From a virus (taxonomy: Duplodnaviria; Heunggongvirae; Uroviricota; Caudoviricetes): a DNA stretch of 64,000 bases. Within the stretch, counting starts at the first letter, position 1. Every line of letters begins with the position of its first letter. The notes under the pieces were generated by a model that saw only the letters and a program-made list of their open reading frames with translations, had not been told where the DNA came from and did not search any database. Below, piece by piece: positions 30,048-39,096 of this stretch. The DNA lies in IMG/VR virus record IMGVR_UViG_3300042892_001069; one strand, written 5' to 3'. A program made the translations under genes and the position numbers.

Positions 30048-30776
30048 TCAATAAGTCAAGTGATTTGTTGTCTTAAATGGCTTGCCGTAGTAAGCATTTT
30101 CTAGCTGAGTCATTATTTTACGCTTCATTTGGACTACTTTTGGATGGGTATGATCATACTCAAAAGACTTCATAAAACGTCCCCAACCGTTTGGGCGGAC
30201 TCTTTTTGGTACAGGACTATCCAAATATTCTCTGATAGCCTTTGGATCAAAATCAAACTTGTCAATCATATCCTGGGCAATATTAAATGAGTGTGCGCCC
30301 ATTTCGTCTCGGTGACCGTAGTATTCTTGCCAAGCACGATCTTTAGCATAGTAGGCAGTACTTTCGTATCCAGGAATATCTTTGAAATTTCTAGCCCGAT
30401 ATTGACGAGTATGGATTATTTCATGAAGTACTGTATCAGCAAATAAATGACACATACGTTCCCAACGATACAAACTAGTTTTCATGCTGTCAGCAGTAGT
30501 TGGAAATGCTAGTTCAACTTCGATAAATCGTTTCTTGCCTTGCTTATCATCGTCACTATAATATGCCCCACCGATCCAAACTTCGCCAGGTTTGACGGGC
30601 TTGTGTCTGTGACTTCGAACTTTGATTGGAAGGTGTGATTTAACATGCTTACTTATAATGCTGGTAATTTCACCTATAGGTAAGCGTCTATCTACAATCT
30701 CAGATTTGAGTTCGTAAATCATCGAGTACAATATATTTCGATCCAACGCGGACCAATTAAAGGCTTGACGGGCCAT
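30048..30776 (-). CDS. Putative HExxH zinc metallopeptidase-like protein (242 aa); paralog of 39097-39765
   Basis: LHEIIHTRQ (HExxHxRQ) followed by YGHRDEMGAHSFNIA; same two motifs in paralog. Confidence 0.45.
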   Translation of the reverse strand: MARQAFNWSALDRNILYSMIYELKSEIVDRRLPIGEITSIISKHVKSHLPIKVRSHRHKPVKPGEVWIGGAYYSDDDKQGKKRFIEVELAFPTTADSMKTSLYRWERMCHLFADTVLHEIIHTRQYRARNFKDIPGYESTAYYAKDRAWQEYYGHRDEMGAHSFNIAQDMIDKFDFDPKAIREYLDSPVPKRVRPNGWGRFMKSFEYDHTHPKVVQMKRKIMTQLENAYYGKPFKTTNHLTY

Positions 30777-30795
30777 AGCACACTCCTAGTAAGTA

Positions 30796-30803
30796 TATTT
30801 ATA
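30796..30803 (-). promoter_or_regulatory. T4-type late promoter TATAAATA (minus strand), 19 nt upstream of ATG at 30776, RBS aggag
   Basis: Plus strand tatttata = minus TATAAATA; embedded in AT-rich palindrome flanked by cctagta/tactagg inverted repeat. Confidence 0.4.
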
Positions 30804-30834
30804 TTATACTAGGGTGTACCATTATGTACGCACT

Positions 30835-31425
30835 TTACGGGCGTTTTGTTATGATTTCGTCAATCAAACCGTATTCTAGGGCCTCTTGCGCACTCATAAA
30901 TTTATCACGTTCCATATCGTTTTTAAAGTCTTCAAAAGTTTTACCCTTTGAATTATGGTTAACGTAGATTTGAGTTAGATTCTTTTTCATTTTAAGAATC
31001 TCTTCAACTTGGATTTCCATGTCAGTAGCTTGCCCACCAGCACCGCCACTTGGTTGGTGAATCATGTGTCGGGCGCTTGGTAGCATTTTACGCTTACCAG
31101 ACGCACCAGCAGTAGCTAGCAAACTTCCCATACTACAGGCTTGACCCATAACAACGGTGCTAACGTCAGGCTTAATGAATTGCATAGTATCGTAAATAGC
31201 CATACCAGCGGTGACCATTCCACCAGGACTATTAATGAACATGGTAATGTCTTCGTTGCCCTGACTCTCTAAAAAGAGCAACTGAGCCACAAGTAAACTA
31301 GCAGAATGTTCGTTAACATCTGTATCGAGCATAACAATACGATCTTTAAGCAGACGACTGTAAATGTCATAACTGCGTTCTCCGCGAGCTTCTTGCTCAA
31401 TAACCATTGGTACTAAATTAGGCAT
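30835..31425 (-). CDS. clpP: ATP-dependent Clp protease proteolytic subunit ClpP
   Basis: 196 aa; SxGG...[10 protein letters not shown] active-site Ser context, His/Asp region MIHQPSGG, overall ClpP layout. Confidence 0.9.
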   Translation of the reverse strand: MPNLVPMVIEQEARGERSYDIYSRLLKDRIVMLDTDVNEHSASLLVAQLLFLESQGNEDITMFINSPGGMVTAGMAIYDTMQFIKPDVSTVVMGQACSMGSLLATAGASGKRKMLPSARHMIHQPSGGAGGQATDMEIQVEEILKMKKNLTQIYVNHNSKGKTFEDFKNDMERDKFMSAQEALEYGLIDEIITKRP

Positions 31426-31564
31426 CTTTTTCCTTTTCTTTATTTTCAGTTTCTTCTAATTTTGGGAAGCACATCTTTTCACCATCCCAACGCTGACCGC
31501 ACCAACACTCGCCATCAAGATTAATGATACAAGAACCGTTGCCGCAACAGCGTTGATCTTCCAT
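31418..31564 (-). CDS. 48-aa Cys-rich micro-protein ([48 protein letters not shown]), translationally coupled into clpP start
   Basis: Own translation; fills exact gap between stop of 31566-32366 and clpP; 6 Cys; stop overlaps clpP ATG region; below 60-aa cutoff of ORF track. Confidence 0.45.
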   Translation of the reverse strand: MEDQRCCGNGSCIINLDGECWCGQRWDGEKMCFPKLEETENKEKEKDA

Positions 31565-31565
31565 T

Positions 31566-32366
31566 TTATTTTCCGTTAGTTTGTACAGTGGGTGTTACAA
31601 CGCCGTTGATAACTAGTGTTTGACCTTTAAAGTTGGCAATAGCATCTGGCAACTTACGCATGGCTTCTGCTTGTGCTTCGGCCATCAGCAATGGAATAGC
31701 CATTGGGTTGGCCTGCATACTTTCATTACGCTTACGTGCCGTAGCCACTTTGACTTCTTCTGTCTTATATTCATTCTTGGCTTTGACCAATTCGTTAGCA
31801 CTTAGCACAACAGAGTCTGCTGGAATAATGCTACGAATTAATACTTGTGTAATAGAGATAGTACCGTCCAACTTTTCATCAGCCAAGGTCTTAACCACAG
31901 TTTCACGGATCTCTTGTTCCATTGCTGTGCGGTTATCGCCCATGTCCAATGCTTCGTACTTGCGAGCGGCCTTGTAGGTTGCGTTACGTGCGGCATTGAA
32001 GATGTAGTTATACATCAAATAGGTATCGCCGTTATGAACAGCGTGGAAACTTTTGTTCTTGCTATTGTAGATCTCAGCAACTTGAGCTTGATTGATGTTA
32101 TAGATAACAGTCAAGTCAAAGTCTTTCATTGTTGAATTATCTTTAGCCTGCGGAGTAATGTCGTCAACTTTGACGGCAACTTCTTTGATTGGGAATGTCA
32201 TAACACTACCGATGATAACTTGATTAAAAGATCCAGGAAGCAATTCACCGGTACTAACCTGTTTGTCAAAACCAACACGGAGACCAACCTCACCAGTTTC
32301 AATACGTGTACAACCTGTTGCCAACACAGCCGCGGCAAGAACGGAGAGAGTCAAAATACGTTTCAT
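31566..32366 (-). CDS. Lipoprotein (266 aa), possible SPFH/band-7-like domain
   Basis: Signal peptide + lipobox LATGC at residues 15-19. Confidence 0.55.
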   Translation of the reverse strand: MKRILTLSVLAAAVLATGCTRIETGEVGLRVGFDKQVSTGELLPGSFNQVIIGSVMTFPIKEVAVKVDDITPQAKDNSTMKDFDLTVIYNINQAQVAEIYNSKNKSFHAVHNGDTYLMYNYIFNAARNATYKAARKYEALDMGDNRTAMEQEIRETVVKTLADEKLDGTISITQVLIRSIIPADSVVLSANELVKAKNEYKTEEVKVATARKRNESMQANPMAIPLLMAEAQAEAMRKLPDAIANFKGQTLVINGVVTPTVQTNGK

Positions 32367-32374
32367 GTGATACC

Positions 32375-32551
32375 TTAAAATAAAATAACAATTATAGTCA
32401 TTACTAGAACAGCTAGTAATGCGACAAGTATACTATACGTTATGGACTTTGTCAATGCCCAACGCTCTTTACCATCAAATTGTCTAATAGTAGTAATACT
32501 AAAGTGAATAAGATACGCAAAGATAGCAAAAACTAACAGTTGGAGAATCAT
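32375..32551 (-). CDS. Small two-TM membrane protein (58 aa: MILQLLVFAIFAYLIHFSITTIRQFDGKERWALTKSITYSILVALLAVLVMTIIVILF)
   Basis: Own translation; ATGA start/stop overlap with upstream gene 32548-32970; not in ORF track (<60 aa). Confidence 0.4.
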   Translation of the reverse strand: MILQLLVFAIFAYLIHFSITTIRQFDGKERWALTKSITYSILVALLAVLVMTIIVILF

Positions 32552-32970
32552 TTTGATCCTAATAGATTCATCATTGTACGAGCATGTACACGATCTTTTT
32601 CTTTTTCATCTTCGGGCAACTCGTCATACGGTACGTGTTGCGCTGCATTGTAGTCAGCCTTGGGATTACGTTCCATCCATTTAATATGAATGTATTCAGA
32701 AGCCTTTTCAATATCATTGGGGAATTTCTTTACAGCGTGTTCTGCAGCCTGGCCGGCAGCAAGATTTTCCTTTTGCCAATCCGGGTGTAGTTTATCAAAT
32801 GGTACGTTAATGTCCCCTTCTGTGCCATCCCCGTTTTTCTTAATACGTGGTTTAGTTCCAGTCGGGTCAAAGTTTTGACGCCATTCTTCATGTGCCGCAC
32901 TGGCAAATCGCTGTACAGCATTTTCAGCGATCATTGCTGATTCTACAATATTCATAAATTCTTTAATCAT
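32548..32970 (-). CDS. Hypothetical protein (140 aa)
   Basis: ORF track. Confidence 0.4.
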   Translation of the reverse strand: MIKEFMNIVESAMIAENAVQRFASAAHEEWRQNFDPTGTKPRIKKNGDGTEGDINVPFDKLHPDWQKENLAAGQAAEHAVKKFPNDIEKASEYIHIKWMERNPKADYNAAQHVPYDELPEDEKEKDRVHARTMMNLLGSK

Positions 32971-32972
32971 AA

Positions 32973-33524
32973 TCAGTCCAATTCTTTAAATGCTTCCGGA
33001 GCACGTCGAGCTACTTGTTCTTGTAGACGAGCAGATTCTTTAGCTTTCTTTAATATGTTAGCATCGCCAGTTGGCAGTACTACTAGCACGTATGCACGGA
33101 ATTGAGTACCCTGAGAAACAATTTTCTTTTCTTGTACTTCAACACCAGTTAAATCAACTTCCTTACAACTTGTACGCAAGACCATTTCGCTTAACTCTGA
33201 GCTAGCATCTGCGGTGTCTGCTTTGTAGATCTTTGTACGTTGACTAACAGTGCCACCGGCGGCCATACAGATCTTTCCGTATGCGTCGGCTTTGGCTTTG
33301 ATAAATGCCATTGAGTAATCACCACTAGCACTAGTACCAGCCGCATAAACAGCTGAGTTACTAACTGGACTTTGAGTCATCCATTTAGGCGCCTTATCAA
33401 TCGCACGTTCAACCATACGTTCTCTATGTTCACGTTCGTTATTAGCACGTTTCTGATATGGGTCACTAGTACCACATGCGGCAAGTAAAGCAACAACAGG
33501 TAACAACAATAAAGTCTTTTTCAT
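32973..33524 (-). CDS. Lipoprotein (likely starts MKKTLLLL at 33524; ORF track used upstream GTG to 33536)
   Basis: Signal peptide + lipobox LAACG. Confidence 0.55.
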   Translation of the reverse strand: MKKTLLLLPVVALLAACGTSDPYQKRANNEREHRERMVERAIDKAPKWMTQSPVSNSAVYAAGTSASGDYSMAFIKAKADAYGKICMAAGGTVSQRTKIYKADTADASSELSEMVLRTSCKEVDLTGVEVQEKKIVSQGTQFRAYVLVVLPTGDANILKKAKESARLQEQVARRAPEAFKELD

Positions 33525-33525
33525 T

Positions 33526-33648
33526 TTATTTTCCACTCATTTTATCTTTTGTCCAATCTGCGGACGATTTAATATCTTGCCCAACACCGGCTACGGTGCT
33601 ACAAGCGGCAAGTGCCATTACAACAAGTAATACTGAAAAAGTTTTCAT
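33526..33648 (-). CDS. Entericidin-like small lipoprotein (40 aa: MKTFSVLLVVMALAACSTVAGVGQDIKSSADWTKDKMSGK)
   Basis: Own translation; matches EcnA/EcnB core LxxC(N/S)TxxGxGxDI; lipobox LAAC; ATGA-coupled to upstream peptide. Confidence 0.6.
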   Translation of the reverse strand: MKTFSVLLVVMALAACSTVAGVGQDIKSSADWTKDKMSGK

Positions 33649-33773
33649 TTTGCCATCTCCTGACTGTGTGTTTTAACTGTGTCCACGCCTTTGTCCATAA
33701 TTCGAGCAATGCCAGAAAATCCAACAGTTGCTAGGACTAGTCCAAAAACTGTGCCTAAAATAAATGCCTTCAT
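33645..33773 (-). CDS. 42-aa single-TM peptide (MKAFILGTVFGLVLATVGFSGIARIMDKGVDTVKTHSQEMAK)
   Basis: Own translation; first gene after sigma70 promoter; stop overlaps entericidin-like ATG (ATGA). Confidence 0.4.
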   Translation of the reverse strand: MKAFILGTVFGLVLATVGFSGIARIMDKGVDTVKTHSQEMAK

Positions 33774-33803
33774 AAAAGCCTCTCTGTGTGTTAATATGTG
33801 TAT

Positions 33804-33832
33804 AGTATACTTGATTGGTTAGTAGTTGTCAA
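33804..33832 (-). promoter_or_regulatory. Sigma70-type promoter TTGACA-17-TATACT (minus strand) driving small-peptide/lipoprotein operon
   Basis: Minus-strand read TTGACAactactaaccaatcaagTATACT. Confidence 0.5.
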
Positions 33833-33841
33833 TACTCAATC

Positions 33842-34387
33842 TTACCATTTGTCTACAACTAGCCAATTTGTGTTACTATTATCAATTTGGCAAATCACTC
33901 CGTGGTATACAGCTAGCGTTCCTTTAAAGTCATTCCGTTCTGTAAACATACGGCATCGAGCATTGTTGTGTGTAAAGTATTTGTCTATTTTGGATTTACC
34001 AACTTCAGTTTCCAAAATGTGATCACCCTTCTTGATCTTTTGGATTGTAGTAGTACCCTCTTTACATATAGTAACAGCTTCGGTACTAAACTTCCCACCC
34101 AAATCTAAAAGCAAATTCTTACGGGCACGTTCTCGAGCATAGTAACACAAACTTTCTTCTTGTTCCATGCCCGTTTCAGTTTCTTGTAAACGATGCGTTA
34201 CACCGTTAACTGTAATGTTAAATGTAACTACGCATTTACCGTACGTCTTAACTTTTACTAGATCAGTAATTGGCCCCACTTCTCTTTCGTTAGTCAGTTG
34301 GCTAGCTGATCGAACTTTACATTCGTCTGAATATACAGGGCTTATGATTAAAAAGGTCAGCGTCAGAATTAAAATAATATGTTTCAT
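33842..34387 (-). CDS. Secreted protein with cleavable signal peptide (181 aa)
   Basis: N-term MKHIILILTLTFLIISPVYSDEC; 4 Cys. Confidence 0.5.
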   Translation of the reverse strand: MKHIILILTLTFLIISPVYSDECKVRSASQLTNEREVGPITDLVKVKTYGKCVVTFNITVNGVTHRLQETETGMEQEESLCYYARERARKNLLLDLGGKFSTEAVTICKEGTTTIQKIKKGDHILETEVGKSKIDKYFTHNNARCRMFTERNDFKGTLAVYHGVICQIDNSNTNWLVVDKW

Positions 34388-34644
34388 GATTGTTCACACC
34401 TGTAGGCATACCACCAAATACTTGCTTTTAAGCGACTGTTGTAAGCACGGTCTGCCGGATTTAACTTATCAGGATCTTGGTCAAAGTTTTTAATTCGCTG
34501 TATCTCTTTAAGCTCACGAAGTTGTGAGTTAGCTTTGGCACATTGACTAGGGTAGCTAACTAGCTCGTTGTAAGTCAGTACCCTTGACGAGGTTTCGTTA
34601 CAACCAACTAGTAATAGTACTAGAACAAGCAGAGAAGATTTCAT
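34384..34644 (-). CDS. Small lipoprotein (86 aa)
   Basis: MKSSLLVLVLLLVGCNE lipobox. Confidence 0.5.
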   Translation of the reverse strand: MKSSLLVLVLLLVGCNETSSRVLTYNELVSYPSQCAKANSQLRELKEIQRIKNFDQDPDKLNPADRAYNSRLKASIWWYAYRCEQS

Positions 34645-35066
34645 TTATATTTGTCATCTAATTCTACGTTGGTAAGACTTGCGACCGTTTGAAACTTGGC
34701 CCAAGCGGCTTTGGCGGCTGGATTGTTTTCCAACTCACTGTTAGGTAATACTGCTTCTAGCCAAATTTCTGGGCGCCGTTGTGGATGTGCGCCAAACTTA
34801 CGGGGCTGATGCATTTTACCATCATCATAGAGCATACTGCTCACACTACGGAATTTGTCCTCGTGGTCCTTGTTGGTCAAATCGTATTTGGACCATTCTG
34901 GATTACTCATACCACCTAGTGTGTATCCTTGCCAAATTCCTGCCCATTGCTCGTCATCATGCGGATCAAAATCTGTTCGAGTAATTAGTACTAAGACATC
35001 CTCAACGTCCACACGGCCTTCGACAATATCCAAAATGCAACGGCTATAGCTCAGTCCAATTTTCAT
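34641..35066 (-). CDS. Hypothetical protein (141 aa)
   Basis: ORF track. Confidence 0.4.
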   Translation of the reverse strand: MKIGLSYSRCILDIVEGRVDVEDVLVLITRTDFDPHDDEQWAGIWQGYTLGGMSNPEWSKYDLTNKDHEDKFRSVSSMLYDDGKMHQPRKFGAHPQRRPEIWLEAVLPNSELENNPAAKAAWAKFQTVASLTNVELDDKYK

Positions 35067-35470
35067 ACAATTACACTCTCAGTTTTATGGGTTCTAAAAA
35101 CATTTTGGCCACAACGCCTAACAGCATCTGCCAATTCCTGTGGTTGCTCTTTAGCATACTCGTTTAACTCGTCTAAACTAATCTCACTTTCGAATGCCCA
35201 AATTTCGGGAAATCTCTGCGGATTAGCTTGTGCTCTTATTATAGCATGTCTGGGTATAGGGAAGTCAACCTTCTCGTCACCTTTTAATACTGCCCACATT
35301 TTCTTTTTTTCGTAATCGGTTACATTAAAGATCCATTCAAACCCCAATGTATCAAAATATGCCATGTAAGCTGACATGTTAACCCCTTGTGCTTGTTTTG
35401 GTTTTACTAATAGTAGGACCATTACTGATAAAGTCCATACCTGCCATGTGTCCTTCGTACACTCGGCCAT
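35063..35470 (-). CDS. Hypothetical protein (135 aa)
   Basis: ORF track. Confidence 0.4.
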   Translation of the reverse strand: MAECTKDTWQVWTLSVMVLLLVKPKQAQGVNMSAYMAYFDTLGFEWIFNVTDYEKKKMWAVLKGDEKVDFPIPRHAIIRAQANPQRFPEIWAFESEISLDELNEYAKEQPQELADAVRRCGQNVFRTHKTESVIV

Positions 35471-35592
35471 TCCACTTCATAGACATTTTAACACTTTTGT
35501 TAAGAACAACAGTAAGCATTTCACATTCTTTAAAATCTTGTACCACTGCTTCAACTAACTTATTACTGGATACTTGCTTGACTTGGCAAGTA

Positions 35593-35913
35593 TCACTGTG
35601 CCTCGTTATGGTGTTCATGTTCTTCTCCAATAGTTATCATAACACTCTTAATCGAATCCCAACGAAAACTTTTCCAAGCATCTGATTCCAAATCATAAAC
35701 CGGCATAATGTCTTCGTTTACTTTTTTTTCTCTTTTAGATTCAAGAATTGATGGATCCTTAAACATAATAAAAGTAGGATTTGTAGTACACTTCATTACT
35801 CTTTCAGATCCATCTTTTTTAGTAAAGGTTACAGTAACTGGCCCAAATTTAAGATGAGACCTTAGCCATTTTTTAAATAGCTTAAAGTCAGTTTCATTTA
35901 AGGTCATCAACAT
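35593..35913 (-). CDS. Hypothetical protein (~106 aa; ATG start at 35913, ORF track used TTG at 35922)
   Basis: ORF track. Confidence 0.4.
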   Translation of the reverse strand: MLMTLNETDFKLFKKWLRSHLKFGPVTVTFTKKDGSERVMKCTTNPTFIMFKDPSILESKREKKVNEDIMPVYDLESDAWKSFRWDSIKSVMITIGEEHEHHNEAQ

Positions 35914-36067
35914 GCCTTTCAAGATCGGTTACTCGTTCTTTCAACAACACAATTTGATGTTCTAAATCGTCAACATGATCCGCTACCTTCTTCATAAAGT
36001 CAGCAGTGTTACTTCCAGTCAATTTAAGCATTTCGCTTACGCTTAATGTTTTAGTTTCTTCACTCAT
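35894..36067 (-). CDS. Small coiled-coil protein (57 aa: MSEETKTLSVSEMLKLTGSNTADFMKKVADHVDDLEHQIVLLKERVTDLERHVDDLK)
   Basis: Own translation; fills gap after metallophosphoesterase stop; overlaps next start. Confidence 0.35.
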   Translation of the reverse strand: MSEETKTLSVSEMLKLTGSNTADFMKKVADHVDDLEHQIVLLKERVTDLERHVDDLK

Positions 36068-36069
36068 TT

Positions 36070-36921
36070 TTAAATCTCCAAAATTTTAGTAGGATCCCAG
36101 CCAGTGTCTTCGCTGTATCCGTCATTTTCGTAACCACGTGGGTTACATACAACTCTAGTCTCACCGATGACATAATCAAAAGGATGATGGGTATGTCCGT
36201 GTGTCCACAACACAATCTGCGGATGATCCAGAATGAATTCACTCAAGTCACTATGGTAGCCACCGTTCATTAAAGTGTCGCTAGCATAGCTTGGATGACA
36301 ACTTTGGAAACTAGGACTATGATGCCCAACAACAACGCACTTCTTGTCTTTGTGTTCTTGGATAACGTGTTTGATATAGCCTAGTGTCTTGTCGTGACGA
36401 ACAGCAACATCCAACGCACTCATAGGAGCATAGTTCCTTTGATCGTTACGGATGATACGAAAGTCGTTCATCATGTCTTTCATAGCATGCATTGTAAGTG
36501 GGTCACGCTTGTTCATGTTGGTCCAAAGGGTTCCGCCAACAAACACAACATCATCAATAATCTTTGTGTCTTGCTCTAACATATACACGTTAGGATATTT
36601 GGCACACTCCTCACGCATGTAGTCGATGCCAGCATAGAACTTTCCGTGATAGAATTCGTGGTTCCCCATAATGTAAATTACATGTGGGAACTGAAAACTA
36701 CAACGCTTGAAGAAATCACGGAACCGTTGAACACGCTCTTGCTTACGGCTTAGATCCGGAATGGCACCATACATGTTGTAACTGGGCAGTTCTATATGGT
36801 CGTGGAGATCCTGGGCAATCATAATATCACCACCCAAAATCAATACATCGGCACCTTCATCATTGTTAATAAAACAATCCGAAAATTCCAAATGTAAATC
36901 ACTAACTAGTTTTATCTTCAT
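36070..36921 (-). CDS. Calcineurin-like metallophosphoesterase (start probably MKIKLVSDLHLE at 36921; ORF track extends to 37041)
   Basis: Motifs VSDLHLE, GDIM, GNHEF, GHHSP, GHTH. Confidence 0.8.
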   Translation of the reverse strand: MKIKLVSDLHLEFSDCFINNDEGADVLILGGDIMIAQDLHDHIELPSYNMYGAIPDLSRKQERVQRFRDFFKRCSFQFPHVIYIMGNHEFYHGKFYAGIDYMREECAKYPNVYMLEQDTKIIDDVVFVGGTLWTNMNKRDPLTMHAMKDMMNDFRIIRNDQRNYAPMSALDVAVRHDKTLGYIKHVIQEHKDKKCVVVGHHSPSFQSCHPSYASDTLMNGGYHSDLSEFILDHPQIVLWTHGHTHHPFDYVIGETRVVCNPRGYENDGYSEDTGWDPTKILEI

Positions 36922-37573
36922 CTTTTTCTTTCGCAAAGGGCCAAGCCAGCTCGCTTTCGAGTACAAATTGTTTAGCATCATCTTTAGTAAGACGCCCTGC
37001 GTTAACTTCTTCAAGGGCGTGACGCAATGCTTCTTCAACAAAATCGTTAAAGGTCATATCGCGTTCGTGTGCCATCTTCATATATTGTAACAGTTCTTCG
37101 TCTGAAAAGTCAACCGGAACTAGTACTCGTGTATCATAATCCTCGCCTGCCCGAATGGCAAGTGCTTTTTGGAAAAAGTCATCATCTACATCCAAGTCAA
37201 TATAGTTAACATCATCCCATGCCTGGTTCTCCAGTACACTTCTATGTTCGGCTTCCTTATGATGCTTTTCAACATTTTTAGGATTAATCATGCGATAGGC
37301 ACGATCATTAGTATAGTCACACATACTAACTTCATAAACCTTTTGACTCTTAGTGCTGAACACGATACTAAAGCTATATCCACCTTTGCCGTGAACACCG
37401 TTCCAACTGTCTAGTGTATAGCTGTTAGGACCGTAACAAGTCCACATATAATCACTGCCCTCAGTGATTTTATAGTCAACCAATTCCATCCATTCTTTCA
37501 TTGTAATCATTTGAACATCCTTGTATCTAAAATTATTGCCGCACCCAGGACTAACCATAATATTCCGGGCCAA
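36902..37573 (-). CDS. Hypothetical protein (223 aa)
   Basis: ORF track. Confidence 0.4.
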   Translation of the reverse strand: MARNIMVSPGCGNNFRYKDVQMITMKEWMELVDYKITEGSDYMWTCYGPNSYTLDSWNGVHGKGGYSFSIVFSTKSQKVYEVSMCDYTNDRAYRMINPKNVEKHHKEAEHRSVLENQAWDDVNYIDLDVDDDFFQKALAIRAGEDYDTRVLVPVDFSDEELLQYMKMAHERDMTFNDFVEEALRHALEEVNAGRLTKDDAKQFVLESELAWPFAKEKDEDKTS

Positions 37574-37679
37574 ACACTACCACCAACAATTGCGGCAATG
37601 CCAGCTCCTAAGTTAACACCGCCGACAGTGTATCCAATCGTTTTACGGTTACGACCAAACCATTCAAAAAACTTGTCCA

Positions 37680-38144
37680 TTATTGCTCGTTTCCTTCTTT
37701 GAGTAACTTTTTAAATTCGTATTCTTCGTCTAATTTTTTACGTGCTAGTTCACGTGCTTCTTCACATGGTTCGCAAATAGTACGAATCCATCCGGGCCCA
37801 TGTGTCTTTGCCGGTGCGCTACATTCTTCACAGGTAACGCCACTCATGCTTTCTGCCATACGTACCATACCGCTAATAGTATCATCACCACCTGTGTAAT
37901 AAAATCTCAGTGTGCCAAACTTTTCTTTAATTTGGTCCAACGTTACCTGTGCTACCACTTCTCCTTGACGATTTTTCCAATCAATGTGATGCTGAATATT
38001 ACCCATAAGTTGATCCAAAATATTGTACCAACCATCACCACATTCAAATCCCCAACACATACAAGTTTCCTGCATGTTCTTGTTGCGGTTGACCATCATC
38101 TTTGGATACTTCTCGCACAACAACTTATCTAATTCTTGTTTCAT
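37680..38144 (-). CDS. Cys-rich hypothetical protein (154 aa), probable zinc-binding
   Basis: CMCWGFECGDGW ... CEECSAPAKTHGPGWIRTICEPCEE. Confidence 0.4.
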   Translation of the reverse strand: MKQELDKLLCEKYPKMMVNRNKNMQETCMCWGFECGDGWYNILDQLMGNIQHHIDWKNRQGEVVAQVTLDQIKEKFGTLRFYYTGGDDTISGMVRMAESMSGVTCEECSAPAKTHGPGWIRTICEPCEEARELARKKLDEEYEFKKLLKEGNEQ

Positions 38145-38152
38145 AATTTTTC

Positions 38153-38371
38153 CTAGTCGTATGCCACGTTAGGCATTTTCTTTTTACCTTCCCAATGATC
38201 TCGTGTTACACATAAACCTTTATGTGTTACACGCATAGGGTGATCTAATTTTGGTAATTGTACTCTTACTGCTTCACATTCTTTCTGACTTTTAAATTCC
38301 ATGATATCCTTGCTCATAAAGTCACCCGCGGGGCTGTACATAGCAATAATCAAAATCCAACTGTATGTCAT
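38153..38371 (-). CDS. Hypothetical protein (72 aa)
   Basis: ORF track. Confidence 0.3.
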   Translation of the reverse strand: MTYSWILIIAMYSPAGDFMSKDIMEFKSQKECEAVRVQLPKLDHPMRVTHKGLCVTRDHWEGKKKMPNVAYD

Positions 38372-39060
38372 TGTGCCGCCTTTACATAGTTAAGTCTAGT
38401 AATATCGTTACCGTGCTTCCAGTGCTTGGAATGTTCTTTTACCTTGGCTTTAACAATAATACACGCACCCACGTTAAGGTTAGTTTTGTTAAGCCACGAT
38501 GCCATCCTATTGTTAATTATAGCAGAAATATTGTAACCTTCAAAGTTTTTTGACTTAACTGATTCAAGTATTTCGCAATCCAAATCTTTAAGTGTGGCAC
38601 TAACTGCGCCTAAGTAGCCGTCTTCTACACTTCGTGCGACTTTTTTAATTTTGGTTTGGGCAACGTCTCTAGCATATACGCTAGGCAAACAGGCAATATA
38701 ACCAAAGTTCTTTGTTTCAATATTTTCTGCATTTAGAAAACTATTAACATTTGTTTGGAATTCGTTTTCACCTTCTATGGCGCTAAACATAAATTTTCTA
38801 AAATGTCGTTTAATTTCTTCTGCTAGTGTCGTATCTTCAGGTAACACACGAAGTGGCATCGGAGCATCTTTTGGATCAGCGGTCCAATTAGCAGGAACTA
38901 TAGTACACAGCATTAACATTTTGTTAGACTGTTTTGAGTACATATAAGTAAAGTCTGCGGCCAATACTGGGACAGGTTCTTTAAGATATGCGCCATTAAC
39001 TCGTTGTGCTGCACAAGCTAGCTCTAATACTTGTTGTGCGGGGAAATCTTTTTTAGACAT
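38368..39060 (-). CDS. Hypothetical protein (230 aa)
   Basis: ORF track. Confidence 0.4.
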   Translation of the reverse strand: MSKKDFPAQQVLELACAAQRVNGAYLKEPVPVLAADFTYMYSKQSNKMLMLCTIVPANWTADPKDAPMPLRVLPEDTTLAEEIKRHFRKFMFSAIEGENEFQTNVNSFLNAENIETKNFGYIACLPSVYARDVAQTKIKKVARSVEDGYLGAVSATLKDLDCEILESVKSKNFEGYNISAIINNRMASWLNKTNLNVGACIIVKAKVKEHSKHWKHGNDITRLNYVKAAQ

Positions 39061-39096
39061 TGCTCGCTCGCTGGGTGAGTTAATATACTTTGTATT

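Noticed and set aside
33476-34022. Plus-strand ORFs 33476-33676 and 33798-34022
   Set aside because: The region is better explained by minus-strand entericidin-like and TM micro-ORFs with coupled starts and a consensus promoter
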